A DNA stretch of 64,000 nt from NCBI GenBank assembly GCA_043800345.1, contig JAZDNB010000009.1, positions 27,340 to 91,339 on the forward strand, read 5' to 3'. The stretch's first letter is position 1; every line of letters starts with the position of its first letter. Shown piece after piece: positions 1 through 12,200 of the stretch. Below the pieces are notes generated by a model. That model worked only from the letters and a program-made list of their open reading frames with translations, made no database searches and was not told where the DNA came from. The translations under genes and the position numbers were made by a program. Source of the DNA: Candidatus Omnitrophota bacterium (GTDB taxonomy: Bacteria > Omnitrophota > Gorgyraeia > VGKN01).

Positions 1-245
1 TAGGGGTAAACATAGATACGAGGGCACCGCCAACGAGGCAAGCCATCGTAAAGCTCCTCGGACCTCTTTCTAACATCATCCTCCTTAGCCTATCCTCATA
101 CCTCCTTGCCAATACCCAGCTCTCAGGGTTCCTCGGCGCTCTCACTATCTGGGTGGTTATCTCTTCAGCGTTCAGCATCGTTGCCTCAGTACGCGGCTAT
201 ACTACCTATAAGACAGGCGACCTCTACGAGGCGGTAGAGCTGCTC
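1..245 (+). repeat. Membrane cassette type I, copy 1 (partial)
   Basis: Near-identical DNA to the 3' part of 12150..12568 and 14277..14695 (e.g. caagccatcgtaaagctcctcggacctctttctaacatcat; acctataagacaggcgacctcta). Confidence 0.95.
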
Positions 246-3200
246 AGTCAGAAAGACATATCTCCACCAGAAGACACGGTATCAAAACTCGAAAAACTAC
301 CGGAAGTTTTGGTTTCTGCCCAGGATTTTATTAGCGGTGAACATGATGATAATATAGCGAATGATGTTAACACATTATTAGAATCGTATAAGTCTTTTCC
401 GGTATTGGCTGTTATAAGCCTTGTATTGGTACATCTACGTGCACAAGGGCTTAATAAAACAGAATTTTTAAAATCACCCATCGGAAGAAAATTATTATTG
501 AGCAACAGCCAGTTAGATTTCATTTTAGAAATAGCCCGCTTGGGTCTCATAGATAACCTTGAGCAAAAACTTGCCCCGGAGAATGAGAATGCCTTGCTTG
601 AGGCATTACAAAGGCTTTCTGCTATGACAGGAGGCCAAATTTCTATAAATGAGATTTTTGAAAGCATAATTATAGCTTTTAAAATTGAACAGATGAATTT
701 TGGTATTGAAAAAGGTAATTACCGTTCTTCTTTGATAAAAAGGTCAAGGTCTAAAGATAGACATGTTGAAATACCTCTTGCAACAAAGGGGTATTACAAG
801 TTTTTAAAGCGTCTAAGGAGAGAGAAGGTAAATAATATCGTTACCGAGAGATATGTAGCGATGATGGTAGATTTTGATGACACGATAACGCTCGATATGA
901 TAGCAGAGGAATTGAGAAAAGGACATAGGCTTGCCGTTAATACGGCACGAACGGCAGTAAATCTGTATTTGTTCCAGGCGTTACTTGATAAATATGGACT
1001 TACCGAGGAACAGAAAGGGTATCTCACCATATATATGGATATGGGAGCACGGAAATTTACTTATTCGAACAAACAATTTATTGAATCAGAAGAATTTAGG
1101 GCATATTGGTCTGATCATGAGCTACTGGGATACGGAGAAATTTGGGTTGCCCTGCAGAGTACCCTGGAAATGAACGGTTACTCAGGTGATCTTATTACGC
1201 AAACAGCTCCTTATAAATTATATGTTGATATAGGAAAAGATACACCAGGTTCTGTTGCAGAGTTAACCAAAAAGTCCGACTCTATCGCTCGGGACCTACA
1301 GAATAATTTAAGGAAACTTGGATATAATCTCACGGTTATAAGGGCAGGAGATTCAAAGATTATTATTTATCCTGCAGGTATAAATAAACAACGCGCAGCA
1401 GTAGACTATGCCTCATCCCTCGGAGTTTCTCAGGATAAAATTCTTAAACTTGATGACCGCGGGGCAAGCTGTTTTAATAACGGCTTCAGCCTGGTGATGA
1501 TGCCGGGTGCAATTTGGCTTGATGCGGATACAAGGACCGATTTTGCCATTGTTATTACCCCTTCTGATTTACAGAATGAACTTGGGGGACTAAAAAGAGG
1601 ATATGAGGCGACATCGTCTATCCTTGGAACATTTATTATCCTTTCACAGTTACCAGCAGGTACGGATTCGCAATTTATCTCTCTTGTTAAGGGGTTATAT
1701 TCGTTGGATAGAGAAGTGCGTGCACGTACCATACATATGTTAGCGCGCTATAATACCGAACTAGCTATCAGGTATTTAATCGCCTCATTATATGATGATA
1801 AGCAAACAAGCCAGGTAGCGCTTGATTATCTTATTAATTTGAATGTCGGCGACGGGACAGTTGAACGGTTATTAGTTGAAGCCGTAAATCAACCGGAAAA
1901 GTTTTTAGAATTACCGTATACTCAATGTGCTATTCAGAAGGCAAAGAAGAGATCAGCCTCCAGGGTGATCCGCGGATTAAGCCTTCAGGCATTAGCGCAA
2001 AGAGGTTTGGAATTTGTTGACAGACGATCGCTAGCAATCGATGTTCGTGAAATAATAGAAAAAACCCTTAAGACCGATCCGTGGACATGTGCCCAGGAAA
2101 TTTTGGTGTATGCGCAGACAGGCGCAGAAGGCGTAAAAGAATTTCTTATTGAACTGGCAGCACAGGAAAATGTAGAGATACGTGATGCAGCCCTACAGGG
2201 CCTCCTTTATTTGTTAACGGTTGATGATAAACCTTTCTTTTATAAGGCATATGAAAAATCACGTAATAAAATAATATTTGCATCTGTTGCGGGAAAAGTT
2301 TTTGCAGATGATTTAGACGGGTTTTTATCTATCTTAAAGAAAGCTGAAGATGCATCTGTGCGCAGTGCGCTCATCCGCTCACTAGTTTATTCAAAAGTAG
2401 ATAGTGAGATTATGGGGCAAATGCTGCTTGAGTGGGTGCAAGAAAACAGAGTTGATGAAAAAGAGATAATCGCCGTTGCTTTTATAGCAGGAGAAAGATG
2501 TTTACCGCAGCTAAGCAAACAACTTTTTTCTTATCTTTCAGCAACAGCAAGCGTCGAAATTCGTCTAGCAGTTACTATTGCCCTGCACCAGATTATATCA
2601 GTCTTGCCCGTTTCCCAGAATAATCTAAGAGACGACATAATCTCAGGATTATCGCTCGAAGCAGCTAAGACATTAAGTATTAATCCAGAGTTAAGCTCTT
2701 TTATTACCAGAAGTATCACCGGTTTGTTGGGATATCCTGATGTTTCTACTTTTCCCATAGAGAATTATTCCGAGAAGATGGTGAGAGATATAGAAAAGTT
2801 GTGCAGACAAAACGAATATATACTTTCTGTTCGCCTTGCACCTTCATCGCTGACCAAGGGATATTGGGTACCCGGTTCAGACATAGACCATATTAAAGTA
2901 TATCTTGACGCCCGTGCCGATGTGCAAGAAATTAAAACTTTAAAAGATGCGTTTGTAAGTATATTCAAGAGATACGGGGTATTTTTATCGATTGAACCCG
3001 TGAGAGTTGAAACGGTTACCCCTGATGCAATACCGTCTCCTCAGGATGAAAGTAAAGCCAAATTGGCATTATGGGATAACGGTGTTTTTTATTGGGATTA
3101 TGGAAGTATTTATCAGCTTGGTGAAGATTTTGAGAATTGGCTTTATGAAGGTAGATTTGTAAATCCAAAATTTGAATATCGTATCCTTATGATGTTCTAT

Positions 3201-6200
3201 TTGGGTTATTTAAGCAGGGAAAAAATTGAGCGTATACTCAAAGTCGGCCAGGTTCTTCCGGAAGAACTGGAAATTGTAAGAAGACGTATTCTTAGCACAC
3301 TGGATATACCTATTTCTGCTAACGCGCGCCGTGTATTATCATATCTGCATATTCTGACAATGGCAGGAAGTCTTACTGAAATTTATCCAAAATTGATATT
3401 GCCGGCATATCGTAGAGATTATTTTTTGAAAGGCTTGATTGAATTAGGGAATATCGGGCTGGTAACTTTGGATACCGAATCGGGAATGCTAACCACCCCG
3501 TTTTATCACTATGAAAGTAAGATACAGGTGGTTGATGCGTTACAAGAACCTGGAATCTTGAAATGGTTAAAGGCCCGGATGGAACCGGGGCTCTATGCAC
3601 GGGATATTTGCGTTATGATATCTTCAGTTCAAGAAGCCGACCTTGCTATTAATAAGGCATTAGAAGAAGGTTTACCTCAGGTGCAACTATTTATCTCCCC
3701 GGGTAAGGATTTTGATGCAAAACAGGTCGGACAGATATTAGATTTCATAGATAAACGGCGAGCAGAATTAGAAAATTTCCCAATCCTTGCAGGAATAAAA
3801 CTATCTATTACGCCTGATAGCGATATACTTTCGCTTAGAGAATCGGTAGGAATTGCAAACGGGCCTTTGGTAAAACTCTTGAGGGAAAAACATATGCGCC
3901 TTGACTGTATTTCTTTTTCAAATGTCCGCATCCCGTGGATAGACATTGCTACGCGTACCAATGGGTTGGAAATACTAAGACACAATCTTGACAGCCTCCA
4001 TTTTTTTACGTCCTCTGCCACTATCCATCATCTTGATATCGCGAGGATTGAAATAAGTGCCTCTGAAGTTGAAAAATTAGTTGACTTAATTGATGGGGGA
4101 AAGCTTGAACCTAATAAATTAGAGAAAATATTTGCTATGTTAGCAGAATTCGGTATTCAAGTTGAATTGCCCGAAGCTCGTCTTGGACAAGATAAGGTAA
4201 GTATTTATTTTGAGGAAGTAATCAAAAGTTATAATGCTCGAGCTCCGCCGTCTAGACAGATTCAATTTACGGATTCCTCGCGCCATACAGTAGCACTCCT
4301 CCCTGTAGTAAAACGGCTTGGTGTATTAGAAGAAACCTTGCAGCAGATTTTTGAATCACGTCGGTTGAGCGAACAACTCATAGCATATCTTGATTCATAT
4401 TTAACCGCCCATTATACCCGTTTTGATGGAGATCTCGAGGCCCTTATCACCTCCCTTATCGATTCCTATTCCTTAGAATTAAAAACAGACTTTTCTCAAG
4501 TAATATATACGGGTAGAGAAAAAGGCATAGATCACTCCCTCTGGAACGATATGCCGGAGGAATTACGCAGGGTACTTATAAGGCGTAAATTAGACGGAGC
4601 AGATATAAGTAAAGATATAGCGCATTTCCTCGGAAATATTAAACCGGAAGACATCGAGTGGTTTGACATAGAAGATTTTTCTGTAAGAACACGCCATATC
4701 TATAAAATAAATTATAAAATTCAAGTTAAAATCAAGAATGTTCCAACTCCTATCTCCGTCTTTGTTAAAATCACTACTTCTGCCGAAGAAACATTTTGGG
4801 GTGAAACTGCACAACTATTGGGTTTATCCAACCTAAGGGTCGTTGGCCTCCCCGAGAAAGGAAAAGGTCTCTTGCTTATCGAGGCAGGGCCCGGCAGGAC
4901 TCTTGATGACATTTCAGCCAATGATTTACAAAACCGTGATATTGCCAAGGCAGTATTCTCTGCGTTAGGCTCATATGCGCTCCATGATGTGCTTTCCATA
5001 GGAGATGCCTCTTTAGCCAATAATTTAGTTGGTGAAAATATCAGCAATATCCTCTCAATAGATCATGTTGAGTGCCTGCGTAATGAACTTAATATCGGAG
5101 TCCAGTATAAGGCCGATAGAAGGGGTTTGTATCTGGTTACAAAATTACGCGATACACTTAGCCCTGAAGATATCACAGAATTGCTGGTAGCCTATGAAAA
5201 GTCATATATAGCGTCATATATGCACATTTTAAAGAATGCAGATGATATAGAACGCCTTATCATTAAGTATTTTGGTCAAGATAGCGATGCACTGGGCATA
5301 TTTAGAAAAAATCTTTTGCTCGTAGGATCTGATATTTGCGGATTTTTTGATACAAGCGAGAAAATGATCCTTGCGGATATGCCGATAACCAAGGCAATGG
5401 AACATATCCGAAACAAAGTCACCGATCAGGATCAGGCCCGAATAACAGCGCGGGAGGTTATGAATGAAATGGGACTTACTTCGGAGCTCCATATCAAGTT
5501 AATCAACGATGCATTATTCTCGGAACTATCCATAAAGGATACGCTTAGCCAATTAAGAAGGGTCGATATCTCGCAGCCATCAGGTCAACTGGAAAACTGT
5601 GTTATGAAAATTTTACGTAGGCTTGCAGAAAAACAGCTTTTGCAGGAACCGGAAATAGTGGGGATGTTAGACAACATGATAGCGGAAAATGAGGAGATTG
5701 TGCAACAGCTTAGAGCCGGTAGAAGCACATATGTTCCGCAATTACTCTTAGATCATCAGAGCGTTGAAGATTTAACAAGAGCATTCAATGCTATGGGCAG
5801 TCTTTATGGACGGTTGAGATTTTATAATTGGCGGACCAAAATAGACGAAAGGGGAGGTGTAAATAGAGATTGGGATTTTGAACACGGCAGCATGGAAGAA
5901 TTTGACGAATATCTAAGAGAGAATAATGTCTACTGGGCTTATTATAACAGAACCCATTCCGGTGAACATAAGAGGGATCTGAAAGATCGCGTAAGCGGGC
6001 TTGAAATACCTATTTCCCACCAAAAGGAAGGATTACGCACTATAGCCGATGTTATTAAAAAGACGGTAATAGATTTTATACATCAAAAATACGGCGAAGA
6101 CCTGGACGTTGAAGTAATCAGTATCCGCGTCAACGGAAGCAGATTTTATAAATTATCCACTACTGATAAAGCCGCAGATATAGACAATGTAACGGTAGTG

Positions 6201-9200
6201 ACTGCCAGAAGAGATGGTCAGGAAATTCCGATACGGGATATTATATATGAACTTCCCCTCTCGGCCCGTATACCGGGAATTAATTTAACGGGAATGGCGA
6301 TTACAAGTTCCTATTATGTTAACGGACATTCGCACGATCCTCATACAATGCTTACCTACGTTTCATCTTTGAGATCAGGTATTCCTATAGTAGGTCCCCA
6401 TGCATATCAAAGTACTATGCCCGAAGATATACAACTTTTGGATGTGATTAATCTGATAGGGAGCGGTTCCGATTATCTAAGGAGAGGGCCGGGCTATTAC
6501 CGGAAATGGGTAAATAGAACTGCCGAAGTATATCTAGTACTTTTTAAACTGGGACTGCTGGAGAACTTTGACCTTAACGCCCATACTGCCATGATAGATA
6601 AAATTCATAATGCCATCATTAGTAACGATCAGAAATTCTTAAGTGAATTTCTTGCTTGGGCACAAGGTGAAGAAGAGCATTTGACCGCGCTTGTTATAAA
6701 ACGACTTGAGGAATATTCGCACAGAAGAAAGCTGGTCTTATTAAACGGATTTTATTCAACGGCTGATTCCGAAGAAGCATCTGCCTTACAAGATACCCTA
6801 AGAAGTTTAAATAGCGAGTTTGACGATATACAATCTGCGCACAAAGAGATTCCCGTAACAGAACATTATTGGAGCGGTTGGCATCATAGGTTGCACCGTT
6901 GCTATGATGATACGGCTTCACTCGAATCTCACAAAGAACTTTTGGCCGCAGAAGATAAAACATTTGATATCACTTTAGCGCAGAAAAGTCCATATGGAGA
7001 TATTTTAAATGCCCTTTTTGAACGTTATGCTTTAACAACCGGTATAGCCGGAATTATGTTTTCTTCGCAAGAGGCATGGGCATATTCGATTTATCTTGCA
7101 TTAGCGAAAAATCCACATACCCCCGTTACATTATTAAGACAAATTTATAACGTGGTAGAGGCCATGAAGGAAGGAGGGCGAAATGTGCTCGCGCCTTCCT
7201 CCGTCTTCTACCAGATTGAACTTGCCTTGGCAAACAATGTAAATATTGATACCAAACTGCTTAAAAAAATTGCAAATGCCAATTTACCTGATAGTGAAAT
7301 TGGTATAGCTGCACAAAAGACATTAAAAATTAGAGCAGCAGCCAAAGAATTGGCCAAAAGCAACAATTTGCTAATCGCCTATCGTGCAGCAAAAAAACTG
7401 CAGGATTATGGAAGTGTCGTGTCGCCCCTGCTTGTACGCATGATTAGAAATATAAATCCAAAAGATATGTTTACGCCTTTATTGGCAACCAGGATTTTGG
7501 GTACTGTCGGTGATGTAACGGCAACCAGTACTTTAATCGATTTATTAAACCAAGCGTCAAATCATTATTTGGGGAAAGACCACAAAGAAGCCCTGGGATA
7601 TTTTGCCGCAGAGGCGCTCGGCAATATTGGTGATGATAGAGCAATAACCGTCTTATTCAGTCATCTAGGATTTTTCCGATATGACGATGCAATAAGGAGG
7701 GCGACCCATTCGCCGGTTGCCTTTGCCGCAACGCAATCATTGCTTAAAATGAATAAAGATCCTGAAATGACCTCCGCTATTAATCAAAAAGTAATTAGGT
7801 ATATACACGATATTTTAACGTATGATGGAGATATGAATACAAATAACATGGAATATATAGAATTTTGCTATCGCAGCCAAAATATAGTGTACCTTTTAGC
7901 ACGCCTTGACATGGATAGACAGGAAAAAATAACCCTGTTAAAAAAGGTTATTGAAAAAACATCCGAGGTAATGATGCCGGATCTTCTGATGATAGAGATA
8001 ATGCATGAGGCAATTTCCGCACTCGGTGAGCTTAAGGCCGAAGAATGCGTGCCGCTTTTAATAGCGACTTTCTATGACAAACGTGCTCCTCCGGAAGTCA
8101 GAGCAGAAATTATCGAGGCGCTAGGAGATATTGGAACTACTGTGGCAGCAGAATTTATAAAAAATATTGCAGCGACACATGAAAAGAAACCCAAGCCGCA
8201 AGTAAATGTGGACCCGGAACGACTTGTTTATAATGCACTCAGCAGGACAATGCTTCGTTTAGATGCCCGCCAGCATAAAGTTACCGAAGACCACGGTTTA
8301 AAAATTTGGCATGCAAGTTTTCATGGATTGTATGATAGCGGCATCAGGGGGTTAGGTTTCCCCGATGGTGGCGGACAAATTTATTATCACATCTCAGTTG
8401 CTAAACAACTTGGCATGCTCGATGAAGATTTAGAGGTAAGGTCGCTTGTACGCGCAAGCGGTAGTCAGGATTGGGATATAAATGTTGATTTTGGTGCGCC
8501 TATTGACAGACTAAGTGCCCGTGCCGAATTAGACAGGATACCATTTGGCCCGGACGGCGTTATCAATAGGTATGACCTTTGGCACTTTATGGATGATTTT
8601 GACAGGAATATGACAAGATATATGGAATATGCCGGTATGCCGGATGTACTCCATATACATTCAGCTGATGCAGGAACTCTAGCGCTCGCACGATGGGCAA
8701 AATCCCATAATATCCCTGTCGTATTCGTTGTTCACTCTCCGGGACTCGTTAAACTCGAAGCCCTTACCGCATCGCGCTTACCTATATTACGAACAATAGG
8801 TGAGGATCCGCGCAGAGAATTCTTGGGGCTTAAAGAATCAATGGAATTAATAATGAGAATCGAGGCTGAAAATGAATTCTTGGAACTCTCCGATAAAGTC
8901 GTAACCTATACTGATCATGAAATTCGGGAACAATGGAAAGGCTATCCTGCCTATGAAGCCGCAATTAGAGCAAATAAGTTTTACACAATATACCCGGGTA
9001 TTGACCATGATGTTTTTAAACCCACCTCTGCCTTGACTCCTGAGGAATTGGAACGGACGAAACCTGTCAGAGACAGGATAATCAACGAGATAAGAAGGCA
9101 GATTAAAGAGGCAGGTATAATAGGGCCCGTATTTTCCATAGGGACTCTGGCTCGATTAGTCCAGAGGAAGAATTTTGAAGGTTTGGTTGAATCCTGGACA

Positions 9201-12200
9201 CAGTCAAGCGTACTGGTAAATAATAGCGTTATATTTATAGCGGGTGGTTCTGCGGATGTGCTTATGAAAGGGGAGACAACCGAGGCTCTGCGCGGAACAG
9301 AAAAAGAGATTTACCGCTCAATGGTTGAAAATGCTCGTAGAGTTCAGACCGAAGACGGACAGGACGCATCTAAACGGTTGATATTCTTAGGAAATTTAGA
9401 GCATGAGACCGACGTACCCGAATATATGCGTATTCTTGCCGATGGTATCCCGCAAGAAGGAGTAGAGCACCCGCGGCCCGATCATCCGGAGGATTGGGCG
9501 GTGTATCCTTACGGCGTATTTATCAATCCGGCTTTATATGAACCGTTTGGCTTTACACTTCTTGAATCAGCTGCCTGCGGTGCCATACCGATTATGACCG
9601 CTAACGGTGGCGCTATAGAAGTTATCGATGAAGCTGTAAACGGATTTATCGTCAATCCTTCCGCACCCGAGAGTATCAGAAGAGCATTGCTCACCGTATT
9701 TTTCTCTTCCAATAGACAGACGATGAGTGAGGCGGCTATAACCAATGTAGAGCGTAACTTTTCATGGCCTCGACATGCAAGGGAAACTTTAAAGGTATAT
9801 AGAACCGTTACGGGAGAAGAAACGGAGGTAGCGGAATCCCTTGTCCAAAAAACATTTGATTATTATGATTCTTTTATAGCAGCGCCACAATATGTTGTGT
9901 CAGAAACTACTTTTACTCCGGAAGCGAAGATAGATGTATTGTTGGTTGAACCGCAGGATTTTGTAGACACGGCAGTTGCAATAGGAAAAGATATAATAGG
10001 CAGGTTCTCCGATCGCAGTTTAAGAGAGAAGATAGAAGAATACCGAAAGAGGGAAGTTAGAGAAAGAGTAAATCATGAAATCTTGAGAGCAGAAAGTATT
10101 TTCCAAGAGGCAGAGCGTATCAGGAGTGAAAATCCGGACAGCAGGGGTGCAGAAGAATTTGTTAAGAAAACCATTAGTTTGTATGCCCAAGCAGAAAATA
10201 TATATGCGAAGATCGGCGTGGCATTAAGATCTCCCGATGATATTATATCAAGACAGCAACAAATAGCACGGCTTAGAGAAAGCTATATCGTTACCTCAGG
10301 CTATGAGGATACAAGGCCTGATCAAATATGGTATGTTACCTGCTGCGACAGAGATATCGAGCCTCTTCTAGGGAGTTATCTTGAAGAATTAAAACTGTGG
10401 GGTTTCGGAGGAGACAGGATATATGATCCTATAGAGGGAGGAACTTATTATAAAAAAGTTGAGATAGCCATTTTTGAAGATAGCACTGACGAAACGATTA
10501 TTAACAAAAATTTAGCCATAATTGAAAAATATAGAAGTCTGGGGTTGAAAATCAGGTATTGCGGAATCGAAGATTCTTTAGTGAAAGATGCTCCCGAACT
10601 CGGCCCAAGAGACCGTGTTAGAAAACAGTTATGGTATACAAGCCAGAGAGATATTATCAGGTTTTTTGGTAAAGAGCGTGCATTAAGACTGCTGGGGATG
10701 TCGCCAGAGAAATTTGATCTGCCGGCAGAAAGACAGATTACAGAGACAGGGCGCAGAGGTTATGGCAATGCGAGAGAAGGGGTGCGGTTATGGGCGTTAT
10801 ATGAATATAATCGTATGCCTCATAATGTGCTTTTGGGTAGCATAGACGATGATGAGCCTATCGGTCAAATAATTCAGTCAGCAAGCGGCTACAAGGTACT
10901 AAGGCATGCAACTAACTGGTTTAATAACTATGGGAGAATGTTTGAGCGCTATCCCGACATTTCCATACTCTCCGGTAACGTTACGGGCGATAGCGCAATC
11001 GAAGGCGTTGCCCCAAATATTTTTGTTAAGACCTGCAGCCACTTATTGACATTGCTTGACTTTGCCTCGTTTCGTTCGCCACATGATGCTTGGCCTGCTG
11101 AAGACGATATAAGAGAATTATATAGAGCCCAGGCACCAAATCCTGCTTATGGGCTTAATCCCACAGCGCATGCGCATATTAATGAAAATATGGCAGCGCG
11201 GAAATATGCTCAGGCAACCAAGAAACAGTATCGTTTCCCAATCCCAGAACAAGGGCAACTGACGTTAGGTGAACAATTGAGGATGATTTTAGAAGACATA
11301 AATTCTGTATATTTTGGAAGATGGCTTACGAGGCCTATTCTTTATAGACATGGGGGAGTAGTAATCGGAGCCCAAGATGAGCCCATTCCTTATATAAGAA
11401 AAGCGCCTGAAGGTCCGGTCATGGGCGGCCTTCTTTTAATGCGGAAAGATGCTTTTGTCTCATGGCCTTTGCCAAAAGGCGGTTTTCATGATTTACGTTA
11501 TGCAAGTCCTACACATCTGCGCCTACTCCCGAAGTTCGGATTCCCCGTGCATGGAGTTTTTATGCCTGCGCGTCATCAAAGGACACAGGAATATCGTTTT
11601 GATCTAATGCAGAGCGAGGAAATGCTCGATTTTCAAAAAAAGATAAATTATGGATTGGAAGATGAAATTGGTAACAGGTTATTTTTTGCAATGCTAGATT
11701 TTTATCATATTGATAGCGCTGAAGGTTTACAGACCATGCCGTTTGATGCATCGGTATTTGCTCGAGAACACCCGGAGATTTACGATAGAATTGTGAAAGA
11801 TGCCGTACGCACTCAAATTACAAATATAAAAGAAATTAATCGGCTTGTCGGCTTACTTAAGGCGATGTTTAACCAGCAATATTGGTGGCAACTGGATTCG
11901 AATTTTACGCAGGCCATAACAGAGTTAAAACGATTTGTAGCTATAGCAGAGGCAAATTATGGAACATACGATATTACGGATCTTAACGTACGGATTAGAC
12001 ACTATATGGAAGAAACAGGATTTGCAGCTTTAACCGCATATCTTAACGGAATGCGTGACGGGATTGAGGTAGTGCATTCTGTTATTTCAGAAAAGATTAC
12101 ACTTCCTCCGGTAAAGTCTGTTTCCGAACTACCTATATCGGAACCGCAAACCCAATCCACCCTTGCCAATTTCTTCACCTACGCCCTGAAAGGTAAGTTT

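Noticed and set aside
153-155. GTG at 153 as the start of giant protein 1
   Set aside because: The frame is open to the window edge and the codon lies in the middle of a repeated cassette.
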